Shown in pieces: positions 58,789 through 64,000 of a stretch of 64,000 nt of DNA. The position numbers were made by a program, and so were the translations under genes. The stretch lies in NCBI GenBank assembly GCA_005881175.1, contig VBEN01000012.1, positions 12,667 to 76,666 on the forward strand, written 5' to 3'. The notes beneath the pieces were generated by a model, which was not told the DNA's origin, made no database searches, and worked only from the letters and a program-made list of their open reading frames with translations. Each line of letters starts with the position of its first letter. The stretch's first letter is position 1. This DNA is from Chloroflexota bacterium. Lineage in GTDB: Bacteria > Chloroflexota > Dormibacteria > CF-121.

Positions 58789-59507
58789 TGCCAGAAGCGC
58801 GGCGGCTGGAGGCGCTGGCGGAGCGGATGCGAGCCGTCGATCCGGTCGCGCCCTCGCCGGGCGCCAAGATCAGGGGTTGGAACCTGGTGCTCGCCGGCGT
58901 CACCCAATCCGCGACCCGCCGGCCACGCGTCTCCGTGACCCGGCTGGCGCTGGCGGCGGCTGCAGCCGCGGTATTGCTGGTGTCGGGCGCCGTGGCCGCA
59001 TCCGCCGATAGCCTGCCGGATTCAGCCCTATACCCACTGAAGGGCGCCTGGGAGCAGGTCCGCGGGACGCTCGCCTTTAGTCCATCCGACAAGCTGACCT
59101 TCCATCTCGACCTCTCCCGAACGCGGCTCGCCGAGGCGGAGGCGATGATCGCCCGTCACCGGCTCGACCTGGCGGCCCGGGCATTCGACCGGCTCGACAA
59201 CGAGCTCGACGACGCCGCGCAGCTGGTGTGGACGGCGAAGCAGACCAACCAGGCGGCGGCCGCCGACATGGAGAATCGTCTCCAGCAGGCGATTAGCACG
59301 CACGAGCTGCAGCTGGCCGGCCTGCAGGGGCAGGTCACGAATCCAACCGCACTGAGCGCGATCAGCCGGGCTCGCGACCGCGCCGTCGCGGCATGGCAGG
59401 CCGCGGAGAAGTCGGGGAACAATGGCAACTCGAATCAGTCGCCGAATGGCGGCGGCGGCCCGGGGAATGGTACCGCAACCTCCCCCCATCCCACGCCGAA
59501 GCACTAG
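58785..59507 (+). CDS. DUF5667-like membrane protein (putative anti-sigma partner)
   Basis: ATGA overlap with the sigma gene; TM helix then SLPDSALYPLKGAWEQV-type DUF5667 region; Gly/Asn-rich tail. Confidence 0.55.
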   Translation: MMPEARRLEALAERMRAVDPVAPSPGAKIRGWNLVLAGVTQSATRRPRVSVTRLALAAAAAAVLLVSGAVAASADSLPDSALYPLKGAWEQVRGTLAFSPSDKLTFHLDLSRTRLAEAEAMIARHRLDLAARAFDRLDNELDDAAQLVWTAKQTNQAAAADMENRLQQAISTHELQLAGLQGQVTNPTALSAISRARDRAVAAWQAAEKSGNNGNSNQSPNGGGGPGNGTATSPHPTPKH

Positions 59508-59549
59508 CTCAGAGGAGCGACGACCCCTCGCCAGCTAGGATGGCCGCGA

Positions 59550-60047
59550 ATGCGGCGACGCCCGGCGATCATGATCACGGCCCTCAGCGCCCTCCTCGTG
59601 CTGGCTGCGGACCAAGCAAGCAAGGCCTGGGCGGTGGCCTCGTTGGCGCGCGGACAGGAGGTCACCGTCATCCCCGGCTGGCTGTGGTTTCGACTGACCA
59701 GCAACAGCGGTGCCACGCTTGGCCTGCTCAGCGGTCATAACGGGCTCTTCATCGCCGTATCGGTTCTGGTGGCGGCGGCGGTCGCCGTGATCGTCGTGCG
59801 CGGCAACCCGGCCGGAGCACTGGGGGCGGCCGCACTGGGCGGGATCGCCGGCGGGGCCATCAGCAATCTCGCCGACCGCGTCCGGCTGGGTGCCGTGGTC
59901 GATTTCATCGAGGTGCACGGCTGGCCCAGCGACTTCAATCTCGCCGATGCCGGCATCCGTTTGGGCGTCCTGGCGTTCCTGTTGGCGCTGCTACTCGAAT
60001 GGCGTCGCGGCCGGCGACCAAAACCGGCCACCGGCCCCGCCCGCTAG
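59550..60047 (+). CDS. lspA: Lipoprotein signal peptidase II
   Basis: Four TM helices; conserved ...NSGATLGLL..., GNLADR-like NLADRVRLGAVVDFI and FNLADAGI motifs. Confidence 0.8.
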   Translation: MRRRPAIMITALSALLVLAADQASKAWAVASLARGQEVTVIPGWLWFRLTSNSGATLGLLSGHNGLFIAVSVLVAAAVAVIVVRGNPAGALGAAALGGIAGGAISNLADRVRLGAVVDFIEVHGWPSDFNLADAGIRLGVLAFLLALLLEWRRGRRPKPATGPAR

Positions 60048-60048
60048 C

Positions 60049-61113
60049 TCAGCCGCCGGCCGCGATCTTCATGTTGCGGTTGTAGGAGTCGATCAATGGT
60101 TGGAATAAGGCCTTTTGGGCCGCGTCGATCGCATTCTGATCGATGGACTCCAGGGCCTTGCCATCGGCTTCAAGCGCAGCCACGTATTTCTGGATCGCCG
60201 CCTGGTCATTGGCCTGAACGGCCGCGACCAGCCCCCGCACATCGTCGGCGGCTCGCTGCATGCCCTTTACGATGGGCCCGAACGCCTCAGGGACATCGGG
60301 CGGCTGGGCCAGGTCGGCCGCCTTCTTGACGCTGGCCCCGGTTCCGGGCAATTGGGCCGCGGTCCCCGGGAGGTCTTCCGCCTGCATCGTCTTGCCCAGC
60401 GCGATGAAGTTTGCCGAGGCATCGAATAGGGCATCCACGAATGCCGCTTGCTTCTTGAGGATATCGATGCCTCGCTGGGCGCTGCTGAGCGCCGTGAGTG
60501 CCGCATCAACCCGCCGGCGATCACGGCTGATCGTGGATTGCTCCGGCAGCGTGAGGAACGAGCTCTGTAAGTCCGGTCGGACCCGCTGGAGCGCGTTACG
60601 GTCGGACGCGACCGAGGGCTGGACCAGCGAGACTTTCTGCATGTATCCCGCCAGCGCAGCCTTGGCCTTGGGGACGTCGACCGTGCTCGAACTCAGGTCG
60701 ACCCCTTTGAATGGATCTTCGTTGAGGACCACGACGACCGCGTTTTCGTGGTCGATGGTCGTCCGCAGCGCCTTGTCCGCATTGTTGACCGGCACACCAG
60801 CGGCCACCGCTCCGCCCACGACATAGCCGATGATCAGCAAGAACACGATGGCGATGCCACCGATGATCAGCCAGCGGCGGTTCGACCGAGGCCGGCCGCC
60901 TTCGGGCCCGGCGGTCGATTCTGGTACCGACCCCGCGGTGATCGGCGGTGCCGCATCGGGTGCCGCAGAGGCTGGCGGTATCGACGCCGGCGCTGAAGCT
61001 GGTTCGACGCGAGGCTCTCCGCTCTCTGCCACGTTGCCCTCCCCGGTCGTGCCGACCGTTCCCCGCCTCACCATACGCCGAAATGCCTTCCTGTCAATAG
61101 CACCCAGCGGCAC
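60049..61113 (-). CDS. Hypothetical membrane-anchored protein with Pro/Ala-rich N-terminus and helical ectodomain
   Basis: Low-complexity N-terminus, one TM helix (WLIIGGIAIVFLLIIGYVVGG), about 240-aa alpha-rich C-terminal domain; no known domain. Confidence 0.4.
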   Translation of the reverse strand: MPLGAIDRKAFRRMVRRGTVGTTGEGNVAESGEPRVEPASAPASIPPASAAPDAAPPITAGSVPESTAGPEGGRPRSNRRWLIIGGIAIVFLLIIGYVVGGAVAAGVPVNNADKALRTTIDHENAVVVVLNEDPFKGVDLSSSTVDVPKAKAALAGYMQKVSLVQPSVASDRNALQRVRPDLQSSFLTLPEQSTISRDRRRVDAALTALSSAQRGIDILKKQAAFVDALFDASANFIALGKTMQAEDLPGTAAQLPGTGASVKKAADLAQPPDVPEAFGPIVKGMQRAADDVRGLVAAVQANDQAAIQKYVAALEADGKALESIDQNAIDAAQKALFQPLIDSYNRNMKIAAGG

Positions 61114-61171
61114 AAAGCTTGCCAGGCTTTGGACTGCCGGTTAGTCTTGGAGCAGGAGGAGCCACTGATCC

Positions 61172-61666
61172 GTGGATAGCCTGCCAGGGCAGGCACGGCC
61201 GCCCGAAACTGCTGTTCAAACCAGTCACGTCCGTGAGATGGCGGCCAATCTGCTCCTCGGCCGGGCGCTGCAGGTCCTGGACGCAGCCGGGGGCATGGTC
61301 GCCTACTGGGACGCCGAAGGACGCTGGAACAAGGACAGCTTCAGCTTGCCCGGCCGCCCTGACCGGCTCGAGCAGCTGGCGCCTGTGCTCGAAGCGCTGC
61401 TGGAGTGGACCCTCTACACCGAGAGACCGGTAGCCATCCACGACCTGCGGCAGAGCCGGTGGTCCCGGCATCTGCTGCATGGCGACGATCCGCCAGGCGG
61501 CGCCGTCGCGGCCACCCCGATGGCCCAGCGGGGAGCGATCTGGGGCGCCGTGGCCGTCTACCGAGCCGAAGCGGTGATCGATGAAATCACGTTGCTCGGC
61601 CAGCTGGCCGAGCTCGCTACGGAGCCACTGAGTTCGCTGGCTGCCGGCCGCGAGGGCGTGAGCTAG
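61172..61666 (+). CDS. GAF-domain-like protein
   Basis: Pattern (LDAAGGMVAYWDAEGRW...GAIWGAVAVYRAE) consistent with a small GAF fold. Confidence 0.45.
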   Translation: MDSLPGQARPPETAVQTSHVREMAANLLLGRALQVLDAAGGMVAYWDAEGRWNKDSFSLPGRPDRLEQLAPVLEALLEWTLYTERPVAIHDLRQSRWSRHLLHGDDPPGGAVAATPMAQRGAIWGAVAVYRAEAVIDEITLLGQLAELATEPLSSLAAGREGVS

Positions 61667-61707
61667 CCGGCCGGCTTTCTGGCAAGCGCTCCGTATCATG
61701 AGCGGCG

Positions 61708-62793
61708 ATGCGTGCTGAGGAATCGACAGCTCGCGTGGTTGCCGTGCGCAGCCGGCTGACCGACCTCGAGCTTGATGCCCTGATGGTCACGGCCCCGGAG
61801 AATACGCGATACCTCTCGGGCTTCAGTGGGACCCTCGGGTACCTCGTGGTCACCAGGGACGGCGCGGAAATCCTGGGGGACAGCCGCTACTGGATGCAGA
61901 TGGAAGCGGAGGCCCCCGGTTTCACCCTGGTGCGATCGGTGGCCTCGAGCGGTCTCCTGGCCCTGCTGACGGACCGTCTCAAGGGTCTTGGATTGCGCCG
62001 GGTTGGCTTCGAATCCCAGCATGTGACAGTCGACCAGCACCGGCGCCTGAGTGGGGCTGTCCCGGCAGAGATCGCGTTGGTGCCGACGGCCGGGCTGGTC
62101 GAGGACCTGCGAATGCTCAAGACGCCCCATGAAGTGGAGTTGCTGCGACACGTGGCCATGATCGCCAGCCGTGCTTTCGATCGCGTCCGGTCCGCCGTGC
62201 GACCGGGCCTTCGGGAGCGCGATGTCGCGTTTCTGCTCGAGCAGACTTTCCGCGAGCTGGGGGCGGACGGCCCTGCCTTTGACACGATCGTGGCGGCTGG
62301 TGAGCATGGCGCCTTGCCGCACGGTCGCGCCTCTGATCGGGTGCTGGCGCTCGGCGATATGGTGGTCGTCGACTTCGGCGCGGTCGCCGGCGGCTACCAC
62401 AGCGATACCACCCGAACGATCGTGGTGGGCGAGCCCACCGCGGAACAGAGGCGGGTGATCGCCGCCGTGCGACAGGCTCAGACGGAATCGATGGCCCTGA
62501 TGAAGCCGGGTGTGACCGCGGACGCGATCGACCGGCGTGCCCGCGACGTGCTTGCCGGCGAAGCGCATGCCTTCGGTCATGGCCTGGGCCACGGCATCGG
62601 CCTGATGGTGCACGAACGACCCTTTCTATCGGCCAGCGACCAGACGCCGTTAAAGACCGGCATGGTCATCACGAACGAGCCCGGCATCTACCGGCCCGGA
62701 TGGGGCGGGGTACGGCTCGAGGAGATGGTGCTCGTGACCGAGGATGGGCCAGAGGTTCTGACACCGGCCTCGCACGAGGTGGGGGTTGGGTGA
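61708..62793 (+). CDS. M24 family Xaa-Pro aminopeptidase/dipeptidase
   Basis: Creatinase N-domain plus pita-bread domain with metal ligands (DMVVVDFGA...HGLGHGIGLMVHE...NEPGIY). Confidence 0.85.
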   Translation: MRAEESTARVVAVRSRLTDLELDALMVTAPENTRYLSGFSGTLGYLVVTRDGAEILGDSRYWMQMEAEAPGFTLVRSVASSGLLALLTDRLKGLGLRRVGFESQHVTVDQHRRLSGAVPAEIALVPTAGLVEDLRMLKTPHEVELLRHVAMIASRAFDRVRSAVRPGLRERDVAFLLEQTFRELGADGPAFDTIVAAGEHGALPHGRASDRVLALGDMVVVDFGAVAGGYHSDTTRTIVVGEPTAEQRRVIAAVRQAQTESMALMKPGVTADAIDRRARDVLAGEAHAFGHGLGHGIGLMVHERPFLSASDQTPLKTGMVITNEPGIYRPGWGGVRLEEMVLVTEDGPEVLTPASHEVGVG

Positions 62794-63446
62794 CACCCAC
62801 GGAGGCCCTCCGGGAGAAGCTGGACGTCTCGATCTTCGCCGATGAGCTCTTCGGCGAAAACTGCTTCCTGATTCGCCGGCGCGATACGACCGCGGCTCTT
62901 GTCGTCGATCCCGGGCTCCAGGTCGACCGGGTCGAGAGACAGCTGCGGCAAGAGGGGCTCAGCCTCGAGCGCATCATGGTGACCCATGGTCATATCGATC
63001 ACGTCGCGGGTGTGCCCGCGCTTCATGAAGAAACCGGCGCGCCGATCGCCATGCATGCGGAGGATCTGGCCATCCTCGACTGGGATCAGTTCGCTGGGCT
63101 GCCGTTCGTCCCCCGCGGCTTTGCGCCCTTCTCGATTGACCTGGCGCTGGGGCATGGCATGGACATCTCGTTCCAGGATCTCCGGGTGCGGGTGCTGCAC
63201 ACGCCCGGGCACACCGAAGGTTCGGTGTGCTTTCTCTTCGGACTGGATTGCTTCGCTGGTGACACGCTGTTTCAGCGCGGCATCGGCCGGACGGATCTAC
63301 CGGGCGGCGACATGTCAAAGATCGTCTTCAGCATTCGCCATGTGCTCTATACGCTTCCGCCCAAGACGGTGGTCTTCCCCGGGCACGGACCCCGCACCAC
63401 GATTGAAGAGGAGATGCTGCTCAACCCGTTCGTGCCCGCCGGCTGA
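62790..63446 (+). CDS. MBL-fold hydrolase (glyoxalase II-like)
   Basis: THGHIDHVAG metal motif; GTG start overlaps the M24 stop (GTGA). Confidence 0.7.
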   Translation: MTPTEALREKLDVSIFADELFGENCFLIRRRDTTAALVVDPGLQVDRVERQLRQEGLSLERIMVTHGHIDHVAGVPALHEETGAPIAMHAEDLAILDWDQFAGLPFVPRGFAPFSIDLALGHGMDISFQDLRVRVLHTPGHTEGSVCFLFGLDCFAGDTLFQRGIGRTDLPGGDMSKIVFSIRHVLYTLPPKTVVFPGHGPRTTIEEEMLLNPFVPAG

Positions 63447-64000
63447 TGCGGATCGCCTCCCTCCTGCCCAGCGCCACCGAGATCGTCTGCGCGCTTGGAC
63501 TCGAGGACAGCCTGGTGGCGGTCACCCACGAGTGCGATTACCCGGCAGCGGTGCGAGATAAGCCGATCGTGACCCGGAGCGTACTGCCTGGCGACTCGGC
63601 GAGCGCCGACATCGACCGCCACATTCGGGAACTTCTTCACCAGGGAAGCGGCATCTACCGGCTCGATGCCGATCGCCTGACGGCGCTGCGCCCCGATCTG
63701 ATCCTTACCCAGGAGCTTTGCGAGGTCTGCGCCGTCTCTTACCCAATCGTTGAACGCGCCGCGCGCCTCAACGACGCGCAGCCCCACCTCGTATCGCTCG
63801 AACCAGAGACCCTGGCCGACGTCTTCGACCACATTCGGCTGATCGGCCGCCTGACATCGCGGGAGGTACGCGCCGAACAGGTGGTGGCCGGGCTCGAGCA
63901 TCGGTTGGCGGCCGTCCAGCATCGGATAGCCGGTCGACCCGTCCGACGGGTCGTGTTGCTGGAGTGGGTCGCTCCGCCCTTCAACTGTGGGCACTGGACT
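63446..64000 (+). CDS. Periplasmic-binding-protein (TroA/BtuF-like cluster A-II) ABC substrate-binding protein, 5' partial (runs off window)
   Basis: MRIASLLPSATEIVCALGLEDSLVAVTHECDYP is typical of cobalamin/siderophore-type PBPs; no stop before window end. Confidence 0.6.
   Translation, partial: MRIASLLPSATEIVCALGLEDSLVAVTHECDYPAAVRDKPIVTRSVLPGDSASADIDRHIRELLHQGSGIYRLDADRLTALRPDLILTQELCEVCAVSYPIVERAARLNDAQPHLVSLEPETLADVFDHIRLIGRLTSREVRAEQVVAGLEHRLAAVQHRIAGRPVRRVVLLEWVAPPFNCGHWT

Noticed and set aside
63347-63994. 215-aa minus-strand ORF at the right edge
   Set aside because: Overlaps the well-supported + strand MBL hydrolase and PBP genes; no domain signal; likely spurious.

Overview
This is a high-GC (~68-70%) bacterial chromosomal window, almost entirely coding. 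The gene content looks Actinobacteria- or Chloroflexi-like (LprG-MFS pair, DUF222-HNH, DUF5667, tmk-darA, bactofilin); the exact lineage cannot be called from sequence alone. Most genes are housekeeping: ychF, lplA-like, selA-selB, rplI, dnaB, purA, ilvE, lon, adk, pdxST and tmk. The most notable features are as follows. (1) A selenocysteine system is split across the window. selA-selB sit at 6.1-9.4 kb. A selD gene at 57.0 kb carries an in-frame TGA at the position of E. coli Cys17, with a SECIS-like hairpin just downstream; the ORF track truncated this gene. (2) dnaB carries a 417-aa LAGLIDADG homing-endonuclease intein in its P-loop. The C-extein directly after the intein is out of frame and lacks about 30 conserved codons. 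(3) Further apparent gene disruptions are a frameshift in lon and an aberrant purA 3' end; these are either real decay or indel errors in the assembly. (4) The 5' edge looks like the tail of a conjugative/T4SS-like module (VirB2-like, VirB6/TrbL-like, M23 peptidase, tail-less SSB, a small acidic ORF). (5) Accessory-looking modules include an ECF sigma fused to a ZAS anti-sigma domain next to a VOC protein; a TldD/PmbA pair with two orphan lipoprotein peptide-binding proteins and a C26 peptidase; a DUF222-HNH selfish-element gene with palindromic sites upstream; and a MoxR-DUF58-transglutaminase triad. No rRNA, tRNA or CRISPR array was recognised by eye.
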